A stretch of DNA of 64,000 nucleotides from Octopus sinensis (lineage: Eukaryota), in assembly GCF_006345805.1 (NCBI RefSeq), contig NW_021832120.1:186001-250000 (forward strand), written 5' to 3'. This document shows, one piece after another, positions 12,026-24,450 of this stretch. The position numbers and the translations under genes were made by a program. The notes under the pieces are model-generated. The model did no database searches. It saw nothing but the letters and a program-made list of their open reading frames with translations, and was not told the origin of the DNA. The stretch's first letter is position 1; each line of letters opens with the position of its first letter.

Positions 12026-13469
12026 CAGTGCTCGTCAAAAAAAATTGCTCAGCCATTTTTTCATGCTTTTATTGACAAATTAATAAAAAATTTAATCTTA
12101 CGCTTCATTTTTTATTCTAATTCTTAAATATAATAATTTATTAATGCGATTTTATTTCAATATAAGGAATTTAAAGCATAAAAATTTAAATCTCGTGACA
12201 AAAAACATTGCTCACTTTTCTTGTTATTGCATATGCCACGTTCTCCCAAGAAACAGTTAACTGAATTTAAAAAAGGGATGATTATTGCGTACTTTAAAGA
12301 GGGTAAATCAATCAGAGGAATCTCAAAAATACTTAATTTGCCGTATTCCACAATTTCATTTAATATTCGAAAATTTCGAGAATTTGGAACACTGCATCGG
12401 AGACCGGGCTCAGGACGTCTTCCGAAACTAAGTTCCCCCCAAATACAATTTTTATGTAATGAAACCGAATCACATCCTACATTGTTGTCAGTGGATTTGT
12501 CCAACAAAACTAAAGAAACTTTCAATATTGATGTTTCCCCTAGGACAATTCTGAGAACTTTGAATAAAAATGGGGTATATTGTCGTGTAGCAAAAAGAAA
12601 GCCATTGCTTTCTCAAAAAATATCATTTCGAGATGGTCTGCGTCACTACGATTTTTATCGATATCTGATAGTACATGGAAATCGGTGATATTCTCAGATG
12701 AGTCAATGTTCGATGTTTTTAACAACAGAAAACATCAGCTTGTTTACAGAAAAAAATAAAACGGAGTTAAAAAATGCACATTTGCTGCCGACTGTTAAGT
12801 TCGGATTAGGGAGAGTTATGATTTGGGGCTGTATATCGTATAGTGGTGTAGGCAATTTGGTTTTTATCGTAGAAACTATGAACTCTGGATATTATATAAC
12901 TTTACTGTCTAATAATCTGGACCAATCAGCTGAAAAAATGGGCTTATCCTCGTTTATTTTTCAACAGGATAATGCTTCATGCCATACATCTCGTATGGTT
13001 AAGGCATATTTCGAGACCAAAAAATATATTATTCTTGATTGGCCATCGCAATCACCGGATCTTAACCCAATAGAGCATGTATGGTGCTTTATGAAAGAAG
13101 AATTAGCTAAAAATCCCCCGAAAAGTAAAAAGGATCTAAAGACAAATATTATGAAAATTTGGCAGTCAATTCCTAAAAGTTTTTTTACAAAACTTAGTAA
13201 ATTCAATGAGAAAAAGGAGTTATTCTTTATATTTAGCAAGGGGAGGACATATTAATTACTGATAATGAGATTTCCAAATTTGTGCTAATGTTTTTTGTCT
13301 TGCAATTTTTTGTTTTGTTTAAGTTTGTAAATAAAAAAGAAAAATTTTATTATAAAAATTAAGGTATAATAATAAAATACTACTTAAAGATGTTTACAAA
13401 AAAAATAAATCAGAATAATGCTATATAAAGACATAAACATTGGTGAGCAATTTTTTTTGACGACCACTG
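12026..13469 (+). mobile_element. Full-length Tc1 (DD34E) transposon with frameshifted transposase
   Basis: TIRs CAGTG(C/G)TCGTCAAAAAAAATTGCTCA flanked by TA at 12024-12025 and 13470-13471; ATG 12233; paired-type HTH, VIFSDES, FQQDNASCH and SPDLNPIEHVW spread over several frames. Confidence 0.95.
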
Positions 13470-13494
13470 TATATTTTTAAAAAAAAGTTCATTG

Positions 13495-13640
13495 CGCCTA
13501 GCACTTGCAAGTAGACGATGATGATGAAAGTGACATCGAGACAACTTCCCACGTCGCTGAAAAAGTTACCTAGCGTAAATGCAAGCTTTCTTGGAAAATA
13601 AAAGAACTGCATTTAATGAGCAATTGTGGCTGTTTCTTAT
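13495..13640 (-). pseudogene. Duplicated first-exon fragment of the MFSD12-like gene
   Basis: MQFFYFPRKLAFTLGNFFSDVGSCLDVTFIIIVYLQV aligns with MQFLNFPRKLAFSLGHFLSDVGGCLYVTFIIVYLQV at 50555-50663; similarity extends into the upstream non-coding bases. Confidence 0.85.
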
Positions 13641-13764
13641 TGTTTATAGTAATTAATAGGAAATTACCAAGTTGACCTAAAAAATTAAAAAAATGCTTTC
13701 CTAAAAGCTGACTAAGATGATTCAAAAAAACGAAAGTTAACCAAAATTTAAACTTAAAAAGAGA

Positions 13765-14005
13765 CAATAATTTTCTAGAAACTTAAATTATAAAAAAATC
13801 ATATTATTTTTGACTAGTTCATATTATTTAGAAAATTTAGACAAAAAAGGGGCAATAATTTTCTAGAAACTTAAATTATAAAAAAATCATATTATTTTTG
13901 ACTAGTTCATATTATTTAGAAAATTTAGACAAAAAAGGGGCAATAATTTTCTAGAAACTTAAATTATAAAGAATCATATTATTTTTAACTCTTTCATATT
14001 ATTTT
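13765..14005. repeat. 88-bp tandem repeat, about 2.7 copies
   Basis: Unit beginning CAATAATTTTCTAGAAACTTAAATTATAAA at 13765, 13853 and 13941. Confidence 0.92.
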
Positions 14006-14074
14006 TGATAATAAATAAGATAGCTGTTCTCTTAATTGTTAAAATATAATAAAATCTTTTTACCGCAATTAAAA

Positions 14075-15130
14075 AATTTTTTTAATTACTTTCAAGCCAA
14101 ACCGAGCCTCTCACCGACCACAGGCTGCAGAGTAATCTTTAGACAATTTCCGTTTGGAAAGGTTTCGAAGAACGATGTCTGAGAAAGTACGAGAAGCGTA
14201 GTAGGCAGATGTAGGAATGCAGGGAGGGCAAGATCGGAATAAGATCTCAAGCCAAGGCCGCCCCAGCGCACAGGTAGGGATGCCTGAGTCCACCCTGGAT
14301 CGTCGAAACCCAGATTGCAAAAAGAGCTCGTACCGAGCCTGAGGATATTGTCAAAGTCGGAAAGAAAATCACCTCTTTGAAAGCAGGATGCGCATCTTAG
14401 AGTGTAAAGAATCTTAGTGACGGAAAAATGGTTTCGGAGGAGGAAAAGAGCCATATGAGGGTCGATGACTTTAAGCTTCTCGATCGTTTTGGATAGGTTG
14501 GAAATTTTTCCAGCGAGTGAGCATTAGAGGGCAAAAGGACCCATGGAAGCACCGAGGATCATAAGATTTGATTTGTCCGTAATCCGGACGTCGGAAAGAA
14601 TGCTTCGGCACGTGGAAGTTGCAGCAGTGAACTGACTCGGATTTAAGACATTGTTCACGATTTCGGATTTATCGGCATTTATAGATAAGCCAATGTCCGA
14701 GAGAGAAGGGAGAATAGAACAAAGGTCGTCAAAAACTGCATCGGGGGTACCGCAAATGGTTGCATCGTCCAAATACCATATGTTAACTGGGGATCGAACA
14801 GAATGAGTGATGTTGTTAACGCCCAAGGCAAAAAGAACAGGACCTAGGGGATCGCCCTGTTGGACCCTGGTAGACGAAGAGATAAGAACGTCGTCGAACA
14901 TAAGGAAAATGAAAGAACAGAGAACACAATGAACAGGGACGGCCCTGCTTTCTTTTGTTAACCATGTTGCAGATTTAGCAGGGGGAAACGGGATTAAGAG
15001 TGAGATGAGAGACCGCCATACGAAGGAATAAAAACAGAACGAATAATGGATAGAAAAGGATTGTTGAGAAAAAAAATAACACCACAAAAATGAACGTGAC
15101 ATGTAAACGTGACACTTTGAACGTGACACT
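14075..15130 (-). mobile_element. Partial CRE-like retrotransposon inserted upstream of lectin copy 1
   Basis: ORFs 14524-15177 (VQQGDPLGPVLF, WYLDD) and 14092-14454 (WTQASLPVRWGGLG). Flanks TTACCGCAATTAAAAAA and TGTGGAAAAAATTTCTTTAAC are contiguous in copy 2 (25006-25045). Three AACGTGACA repeats at the 5' end. Confidence 0.88.
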
Positions 15131-15229
15131 GTGGAAAAAATTTCTTTAACAATAAAACCCAAAAACCGGAAAAGCAATTCAAAAGCTCATTAAAATGATT
15201 ATATATAGAGTTAAAAAAGATTTTCAAAA

Positions 15230-17558
15230 ATGCTGATTTTAATTCTTTTTATTTGGCTGAAAACTGGTTTAGAAGTATTGGTATAATAGTCTAGAATCTA
15301 CAATTGGAGTAATCTATAACTTTGGCGGACATTCATATGGCTTATCTCTAGAAAAAACGGATGGCGGAACTTACGAAACTTCATGTCCTTCAAACTGGTA
15401 TCCAGTCGACATAACAGATCAAACAGAAAATGACGTTTTAGCAAGTAAATAATAAACTAAATTTCAAGGTGTTTTAAAAGAAGATCACCTTATTGGAGTG
15501 GATTACTATTGGTGGACTGGATCATTAAAAAGCCTGCATACTGGAAAAATATTGGTATTTATTAAAATAGTAAAATAAAAGACATATTCAAACTTTAAGA
15601 ATGGATACCGTTGGTTCGCAGCAGCAGCGTTAGAAGCGCACACCAGTAAATGGATACCCGTTACTTCTTATCACTATAAAAGATACTATATCTGTGAATC
15701 TGGTTAAAATAATGACCTTATTATAAACAGATAATATTTCTTCCAACGGAATTAATATAACCACAGCAAAAATCATAAACAGTAAAAGTATTATTACATC
15801 TTTTAGTCAATCCTGACGATATTTTGACATTTCGTAAACATACATACTATATCTATTACGCATATCGGAATTATTCAACAGCCAGACGAATATGTAACTA
15901 TGAACACAATGGATATATATTCATTCCCAACGATGGCGAAGAAAACTGTGCTTTCCACAGTATATAGATGTCGTTTTAAATCAATTGTTTAGATTATCTT
16001 AAAGGAGACGTATATCTTGGAATTACAATTTTTAATAACAAAGTTTTCACTGAAAAAAATTATGCTGCTGTAATAATAACATTTAAGTCTAAAGAAATAT
16101 CTGCCCTGGGCTCCCAACAGTCCGACATCAGAAGAATGTGTATCTCGTTCATACTCTAACGGAGAATTTATAAGCAGTGATTGTTACAAAAAACAATATG
16201 TAATTTGTGAAACAGGTCAAAAAATCTGGATTAAATATTTAGATGCAATATATGAAAATCCAACATATGTATCATGCAATAGGACCGATTTAAAATGTAT
16301 GCAATTTATTCATATCCAGTCTATTTCGCGCAAATCTTTAATTACAACGAATCCGTTTATTATATTTATGACATGCCAATGTCTTTCAATGAGGCGTTGG
16401 AAGTATGTGAATCTAAAAAGGCACAAATATATGTTCCTAGAAACGAATTTGAGAATTGTTTATTTACTGGTTTTGCGTAATAATTGTTATATAAGAAAAT
16501 GTTGAATTTACGGTTGCATTAAATTATGGAGAATATTTTGTTCGCAAGATAATGAGTCCATTAAATATATCATATTCTGTAAAAAACTATTAATTAAATA
16601 AATAGAATTTTACAAACTGGGCTCCTGGATATCCAGTTCGGATTGAAAATACTGATAAAACTTGCGTTTATCAAAATTATAAAACAGGAAAATGGGAAAA
16701 TAGAATATGCACAGATTCAAGATATGCCTGTGTGAGAAACAACGATCCAGGTGATAATTTAAAAAAATAAATATGTAATAGATATTAGGACAAATGCAAT
16801 ATCAAACTGTAAAAGCATGAATGCAAGTTCAAACCTTATTTATAACATTAGTAAATCCTTCACATCAAGTGACCGTTAAATATGGTGGGACTGAATATAT
16901 ACTATTTGCAATTCCAATGACATTTTATGAAGGCCATATGCTATGCGATAGTATGAATAAACAAGTCATTAATCCAACATCCCAAGATGTCGTAGATTTC
17001 ATAAATACTGGTTAATTATTTTATCATTCGATTTTAGAAACTGTAAATCAGAGTTTTTACATTAACAATCGAATAACGTGGGATGATAACATAATAATGT
17101 ATGATGACGGTCCATTATTGGTATACATAAAAAGTTGATTTAGATGACACCGAATTGGGATGTAAATCAACCTCATGTCATTGATGAAATGATGGCTTGT
17201 ATCAGCATTAATCACAATGGAAAGTGGAAAACAGATTATTGTGGAGAATATAAAATTCCGGTGTGCTCTGGCAAAGAGTCGACTTACTCGACTAGCAGTA
17301 TTTTTTTATAAAAATTGAATTTTAAAAAGGAAGCACTGCTCGAAAAGCAGGAATGGGATTCGGAATATTTATTGGGATAGCTGCGATTGTGGGAATTTCA
17401 GTAGGAATATTTATATTTCTCCGGTTGAAATACTTTTTATTTACATTTAGGAAAAAAAATTTGACTATGATCAGTCTGAAATCTTTCGGAAGCTTTAGAA
17501 CAAGTACATTTTTTATTTCACATGTATAGAGCGAAGTTTCTCCGGAACTTTCGAATAA
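15230..17558 (+). pseudogene. Four-CTLD type I membrane protein, copy 1 (+1 frameshift; probable pseudogene or sequencing error)
   Basis: Same 19-exon structure as copies 2 and 3. An extra base (AACAAAAGTTTTCAC vs AACAAAATTTTCAC) near 16044 gives an in-frame TGA at 16052-16054 in domain 2. Confidence 0.8.
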
Positions 17559-17684
17559 ATTAGTTAGCTATTACTATTTCTTTAATCTCTATTTTTATTA
17601 ATCTGATTTAAAATTATTCACAAAAATTCTCTTTTGGAATTAAAGTTGTTTTTAATGGTGTTGGCCTTGCTTGTCAAGAAATTC

Positions 17685-18060
17685 CCGTTTGAGGTCTGGT
17701 GATTGACTGCCCATTCCAAAACATTTATTTTGTTCTTTGTAACCATTCAACAGTCATTTTTGACTTATGTTTTGGGTTGTTGTCATGGTGGAATGTCCAT
17801 TGTTGTGTTAAATTTGATTTAAAGACCCAACAAAACATGGTTTTTTTTCAGGATTTCGCAATATTTGAGAAAATTCATTATTCTATTTATTACAAATAAT
17901 TTACCCTGTTGATGAAAAACAGCCCCACAACATGATCCTTCCTCCCCCGTGCTTTATGGTGGGTATGGTGCATTTTGGGTTATACGCCTGATTAAATTTA
18001 CGTTTAGTTCAGTCCAAAAAGTTGTATTTTTGATTTATCTGACCATATAATATTCATTTT
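17685..18060 (-). mobile_element. Tc1 transposase remnant
   Basis: [41 protein letters not shown] and a degenerate SPDL motif. Confidence 0.85.
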
Positions 18061-18301
18061 TTTTGTTTTAAAAGATATTTGGCTATTGTCGAGGATCCAG
18101 TAGCTATTTTCGAGAATTTGTCTAACAATTTCTGTCACCGTCCAGACCGGCCGGGGCGCCAGATCGGTCAGGTCAATTATTTAAATACAAAACAAATATT
18201 TTTCCTACAAAACATTTCATTGCAAAAAAATATTGATAATAAAAAAATAAAATCTTATTAATTAAAAAGTTTTAAAAAGTTGAAAAGATTAGCATTAATC
18301 A

Positions 18302-19200
18302 ATGGTTTTAGTTGAATTAAATCGAGACACTCTCGAAAAAATTAGGGAGTATTTGGAATCAGGCCACCTTGATGATTCCTTGAGTTCGGAAGAAAGGGCA
18401 CGAATACGGAGATATGCCAAAAAATTTAGTTTCAAGGAGAACAACACCTACATTTCTAAAAATGGCTCAAAGTTGCGTTTTTTTTGTATCGAAGACACTG
18501 AACTTAAGTTAAAATTCATTGAAGTAGTGTATTTGTTTATTTAAATTAGGCTCAACACAATCTTAATCACTTTGGACGTGATAAATTGTACAGTTTATTG
18601 ACACTCACCATTTATGGTGCCAGACGTACTGATGTGGCATCTGTGGTATCTAAATGTGTTTATTGTCAGGTAAATTACCAATTTTATTAATTCTAGTCGA
18701 AACGATTGCTTACGACTAAACCAGCAATAACGCCTATTACTGCTTCTTCCCCAAGAGAACGATACATTGTAGATCTTATCGATATAAGACGCTATTGGAC
18801 CCGAAATGAAAATTATTCCTGGGTAATTTAGTAATCTAAATAATAGATTCTTGTTTTATTGGATTCCTTTTCAAAATTTGCTATGGTAGAATGTGCTTTT
18901 ACCAAATCAGCTAAGGAGATCCGCTAAGGAGATCCGATGAAAAAAGGAAAAAAGCCCTTGAAAATATTGTAAAATCTGGAGAAAGAATGAAAAGGCGGAG
19001 AAAATGGAAATATGATGAAGTTGAAAGTGGCGATGAAATTTTAATACGCCATGATGGGGATGCAAACCCGGGTTATAGAAAATACCCATTATACGACGAG
19101 ATATCTGCACAAAAATATATTGTGAAAAATAGGGATCGAGAACTCGTAACGATAATTAATGAAGAGGATGAAAAAGATCAAAGGATACATATTAGCAGAG
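18302..19200 (+). pseudogene. Intron-containing retroviral-type integrase/transposase of the Ginger-like element; catalytic core deleted
   Basis: Phase-0 introns 18524-18549, 18670-18696 and 18823-18846 join HNLNHFGRDKL..CVYCQ, PRERYIVDLID and WILVLLDSFSKFA. The frame stops at a duplicated GCTAAGGAGATCC (~18910); a C-terminal piece (ORF 18987-19343) follows. Confidence 0.85.
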
Positions 19201-19371
19201 TAAAAAAAACTTTAACTGCAAATATTTATGGGGTTAGTTCTGTGTTTTTTCTTGTGTCATATTTACTTAATTGTGAAATAATTGTGCCATTGTTACAAAT
19301 TCGACGCGGCCGAAGGCCGCATAGGGAAAAATATTCACATTGAATCATCCGGCCGTAGGCCGGATTGTATT

Positions 19372-22186
19372 TTATTATTATTTTTATTATTATTATTAGA
19401 ACCTAGATCACCGTCCAAACCATAAAACTAATTAATCAGGTGATCCCGGCTTCTTTGAGGAGGGTCCTCAACTTTGCCCGGTGCTCCTCCCTTGTCCCGG
19501 CACAATTTCTGTGAGGGCGCGGTGGTGGTGTTTTAGGGCCTGTAGCCCCGAGGTTTCTTCTCAAGATTTCATTAAATGGGGCGATGAGTAGATGTTCATT
19601 CGGTCCTTGTAGAGCTTTTCGGAAGCGATCTTGAGTTTTCTCGATTTTAACGCGGTTCTTTCCACTGATAAACCCTCCCCACGCCTCACAAGCATAGCTA
19701 AGGGAGGGTTCGATGAATTGCCGGTATAATGCTTGGCGTGCGGGGAAGCTGATCCACTGTCTGCATTTTCGGAGAAACACTTTCAAGATGTTCAGTTTCT
19801 TCATGCAGCTAGTAGTAATATTATCGACTTGTTGAGAGAAACACATGTGACTGTCGTAAGTCACCCCGAGGATTTTCTGGGATTTTTTAAACGGGATTTC
19901 CATGTTATTTAGATACAGGTTCACCACCGTTTTCCCAAGCTTCCTTGCTGAAGTCATAAGCGTGGTGACCGATTTTTCCGGACTCGTTGATAGTCGATTT
20001 AGCGAGAGCCAACTTTCGAGATTGTTAAGGTGGTACTGCAGTTTTGTACTCGCCGTATTCACCTCACGGCTCCGGGTAGCAATTACGATATCGTCAGCGT
20101 ATGATAGTACGATTGAGTTTTTGCCGTTTGGTAGCGGGAGATCCGATAAGAATAAGTTGAAAAGGGCTGGTGAAAGGGGAGAGCCTTGAGGGACTCCGTT
20201 TGGAAAATAACGTGACATCGATCTTGTATTGTTTTGTTGGATCCTGCCTCTTCGGCTGCTGAGGAAGTTAGCTAGCCACATTTTCAGTCTTGGGTGAATT
20301 CCACTAAGGTATATTTTCCTAGTCAGTATTTTTCTGGGAACGGAGTCAAAAGCCTTATGGATATCCACTGAGCACATAACCGTTTTTTGGTTATACGGTT
20401 TGGTAGATAGTCCATCTGAGATGAAGTTCGTCAAAGTGACAAGGTGCGAGGTGGTTGATTTACCACATTTAAATCCATGTTGAAAGTCCAAATTCGGGAG
20501 ATATTGTTTGATGTGGTTGAGTATAAGTTTTTCCAGAACTTTGGAAAGGACGCAGAGGAGAGATATTGGCCTGTAGGACGCCGGGTTGTCTTTTGGTCTC
20601 CCTGGTTTCAGAATAGGGCGGATGTATGCCATTTTCCATAGTGTGGGTATTGCGTTGTTGTTTATAGAAAAGTTGTAAATTTGACAGAGAGCTGATATTG
20701 CCACCTGTCCTAGGTTTTTCACCAGAATAGTAGGAATTCCGTCAGGTCCACAAGAGCCAGTGCTTCTTAAATTTCTGATGGTCTGAGACACCTCCTCTTG
20801 AGTGAGGATAATCATGTCCCGACATCTTCGAGGTTTCAACGACTTCAAGCATGGTCCATCGTATTTCCTGTGGGGGATGTTGCTGATCCCAGCGTAGAAC
20901 TTTATCAGTTTGTTGGTGAAGGGAACCGCATTATCCTCACCCGATTTAAATCTCTCAGGGTTTGTGAATCTTCTTAGGGATGCCCATACTTTTGTTAGTG
21001 GGACCTCCGCATTTAAACCTCTGGCGAACTTTTCGGCCCTCCCGTACCGTTTGTCTTTTGCAGATTGGTCTATGACTTTATTCAGTAGTCTGATCCGATG
21101 CCGGTTATCTTTTGTAAGATGAGGGCGACCTTTCAATGAGTTCCGTTCCTCGATTAGAGGTAGAATCCCAGACGGAAATTTTCTTACTGGTTTTGGATAA
21201 ATTTTTCTCATTCTTAAGAATGATTTTCTTCCAATCAGAATTGTTCGGTAGAAGTGCTTGAGGGCGTTGTCGATCGAGTCGAAATCATGTACATCAAAGT
21301 TAACCAGTGCTTTGTCAATGAATAGGCAAAATTGACCCAATCTGGGTGCTTGTAGTCGTATTTCAGGTTGCGGAACCCCTTTCTAATGGGCAATTTGACT
21401 TGGACTTTTATAATTAACGGATTGTGATCGCTCCGTAGATCGTAGGTAACGCCCCATTTGACCAGAGGTGCGAGGTTGGAAGAACAGAGGGTCAGATCGG
21501 GGGAGGTAGGCTTGTCCTTGGTGTTGTATGGAGTTCTTGTGTGCAGTGAGGGGTTGTTCAGGATTACAAGGTTGTCCAATTGCTCGAGAATAGACTTTCC
21601 TCGGGAGTCAGCAGTTTGTGACTTTAGCCAAAGCGGGTGTTTTGCATTCAAGTCCCCACAGATAATTAGATTTTCGCGATTATCAAACGGGCGTAGATCT
21701 GTGATAAAATGTTTCGGGCGCGATCCTGTTGGTGGGATATACATATTGCAAATCACTGTTTCCAAGTGAGGTGGGGATAGTGATAGCAGAAAATTCCAGA
21801 CTCGTGTTTTTGCTTCCTTTAGAGCTAAGCGAAGGGGAGCTCTCCTGGTAAGTGATTTCCTTCTTAATAAGTGTTATGAGACCCCCTCCACGGCATGAGG
21901 GTCTGTCCAGGCGTTCCATGTGGTAGTTGGGGAAACGTGGGGACCTCGAAGAAGGATTGAGTTTTGTTTCTTGGAGTACACATATGTCGATATCATGGTT
22001 GATCAAAAAAGAGTTTAGTTCTGTTGATTTTCCAGTAACTCCGTTGATGTTTAGTTGGAGAAGTGATATATGTCTCTTTGGGCCGGGATTAGGTTCCACA
22101 TCCCCATAGATAGTGAGAAGGACAAAACGGGAGAGTGAGATCCACAGAGAAGGCCGCCCCGGACTGATGATAGTCGCGGGGGGATG
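19372..22186 (-). mobile_element. APE-RT non-LTR retrotransposon (possibly Ingi/Vingi-like) with a 2A-like motif and (TAA)n tail; two frameshifts
   Basis: APE (LLQLNING, ICVLQETKL, IICGDLNAKH, SDHNP) in ORFs 21683-22099 and 21235-21765; RT (SYRPISLL, QHGFK, DIHKAFDSV, GVPQGSPLSP, YADD) in ORF 19436-21340; no RNase H seen; tail at 19372-19398. The clade name is inference. Confidence 0.92.
22073..22125 (-). other. 2A/StopGo-like ribosome-skipping peptide
   Basis: Frame reads SRFVLLTIYGDVEPNPGP directly before the APE domain, matching D(V/I)ExNPGP. Confidence 0.8.
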
Positions 22187-22849
22187 ATCTGGAGCCCCGA
22201 CCTATCTGGACGGTGACAATTTCTTTAAAATCGAAGATTTTGCTGGGTTTATTAAGAATTTTCAGTCAATTCGACTTTAAATAATGGTTAATTATTATTT
22301 GTTACTTGTCAATAATTGACTTTGGTTAACTCCATTGACTTTGGCTGGGGACGAAGATCGCTAAGAAAAGCAAAAATTCCAACGAGACTCGTCATCTTCT
22401 CCAAAGAGTTCCGTTGGCGATCGCCTGGGGGAACAGCCAGGCCATCTTATGTGCCGGCAATTCGAAATCGTGAAAAAAAATTGTTAAATTTTAACTGTAA
22501 AATTAATTGATTAACATTCGTTTGAAAAAAATATAATTAGAAAAATTATAATAGAGTTTCTTTATTTTTGACAATCATTAACATTGATGGATCGCTCGTC
22601 AATTTTTAATGTTACGGTCAATTAAATTGACTTTTTATGGGGAATTCTTATTTTTTAAGTCAATAAAAATGTTCCCTTACTAATTAATAATCATTGTAAA
22701 ATCATTTGTGCTCCGATTTGATTTTAAAATTAGAAAATTATTTATTTATTAATCCGATTATGATTCGTGTCTAAAAATAATGAATTTTATATTTTTTTCT
22801 ATTTAGGAGTTCATCTTTTATTCTCGTATATTTCGTCCAAAAATGAAAA

Positions 22850-23600
22850 AGATGATTTACAAAATTAGATTTTGGTCCTTCTGCTTACAGTTAATAAAAA
22901 TATATTCGGTTATCCATCCTCTTTCGGAATTTTGATAGGAAACAGAATATCGATAAGCATATTTTTCGAAACATCTTGTAATTTTTGATTTTCCTATCAA
23001 TAAAGGCTTTAGTTTACGATTTTCAGACTTATTTGTGCATAACATCATAGATACTTTATCCTTAAAGGTTTTGTATCTTCAGAACAAAGTCCTACAGATA
23101 AATTTAGTTGGAATAAGCTTATAGAATATTCCAGTTTCATCCAGGTTATAAATCTGATCGCTGTACATGGCACTGAAAGTTCTTGATTTATTTGAGAAAC
23201 ACGACAATGTCAACACTTTTGTCAGTGCACATGTTTCGATGTAATTTCATCATCCGAAATCTATACCTTTTTTTAAATATGAATAAAAATCCATAAGAGT
23301 TTTTGAAATTTTCAAAAGAAAGCTGCTTAGCAAATAATTCTGCTTTACTAAATATTAATGCATCGTTCAGTAATGCACTAAAAAATTCAAAAACACTAAG
23401 ATATACCTTTTGATTTTAACGAATCATCCACTCAACAAGTTTTTCATCATGTTGTGGAAAACTTAACTTTTTGACTGTTTTTTAGATAAATTTTTAGTTT
23501 TTATTTGTTCCAGAATTGACTCACGATTTTTTGAAATAGCGTTAATTGTTTCCCACAAATGTTTAATTTAAACAAAAAGAAAATTTATTAGCAATTCTCT
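22850..23600 (-). mobile_element. Degenerate Tigger-like transposase remnant
   Basis: IYNLDETGIFYKLIP, RKLKPLLIGKSK and a CENP-B-like segment (HDEKLVEWM), interrupted by stops. Confidence 0.75.
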
Positions 23601-24039
23601 GGCATGATAATAAGTTGTTGGCATCTTATGACTGAATATTTGCACTTTTTATTTGACTGCGATTCTTGTATATCACCCATTAAAATCAAAACAAAGCATG
23701 GGAGTAAAATATAGTTTAGTATTTTAATTTTTAGAATTTTTTGAAAATTTTAAAAATACTGTCGAATTTCGTTATTGACAAATTTACAAGAATTTGCTGT
23801 ATAATATTTTTTATTGATTTCTTTGGTCTCTGAATCAATATTAATTGCCCTCATAACACTCTGGAAAAATTTTCTACGTGATACAATTAGGGGTGGGGCA
23901 CCCCACACTTTGGGAACTTGTTTTTAAAATCAACATTTTGGCAGAGTAAATGAAAAATCAATAAAAAATAATGAAAATTACACTATTCAATTAAGGTTTG
24001 TGCTACATGTTCCTATGCTATAAGTGGTTATGATATAGA

Positions 24040-24450
24040 CCTCTCCAAGAGTTTGAATCTACACTACCTCGGAGAAATAGTCAACTGCCTTGGTTCGTAC
24101 TCCGACCACGTAGCTAAACAGAGGAAGAGGAGTGTTAGAATCCTTAAAAGTTTAACAAGGTTTTATCTGGATCCGGAAACGTACATCTACGTCTACAAAA
24201 CGTGTGTACATCCAGTTCCCACATATGGTTACAAGGGCTGGTACGGATGAGAGTGACTACCTTGTCAAACAGTTGGAAAAAACAAGACATTTCGCATTGA
24301 AACTGGCTTATGGAGTACAACTTGACGGAAGGCTAGAAAACTCGCAAGAATCTTCTGTGCCCACGATCCGGATAATCTTACAGAAAAGTTGTCGACATCG
24401 ACAATAATTGGGGATACTCATTGAAAGAGACACTTCGGTGCCTCGTTTAA
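24040..24450 (+). mobile_element. LINE (jockey-like) RT C-terminal fragment
   Basis: HYLGEIV..DHVAKQRKRSVRILKSL..YVYKTCVHPVPTYG matches the post-RT KYLG..YKTxxRP..YG pattern. Confidence 0.65.

Larger units (their letters stand above)
18133..22218 (+). mobile_element. Ginger2/TDD-like integrase DNA transposon with a LINE nested in its right end
   Basis: Inverted termini TGTCACCGTCCAGA(C/T)(C/A)GG(C/T)CGGGGC(G/T)CCAGATC at 18133 and 22218, with a perfect 5-bp TSD ATTTC (18128-18132 and 22219-22223). Confidence 0.88.

Noticed and set aside
22150-22186. HDV-like ribozyme at the LINE 5' end
   Set aside because: Only a simple hairpin (CCCCG-C-GACT..AGTC-CGGGG) is evident; the nested pseudoknot pairings could not be built by eye. 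A covariance search would be decisive.
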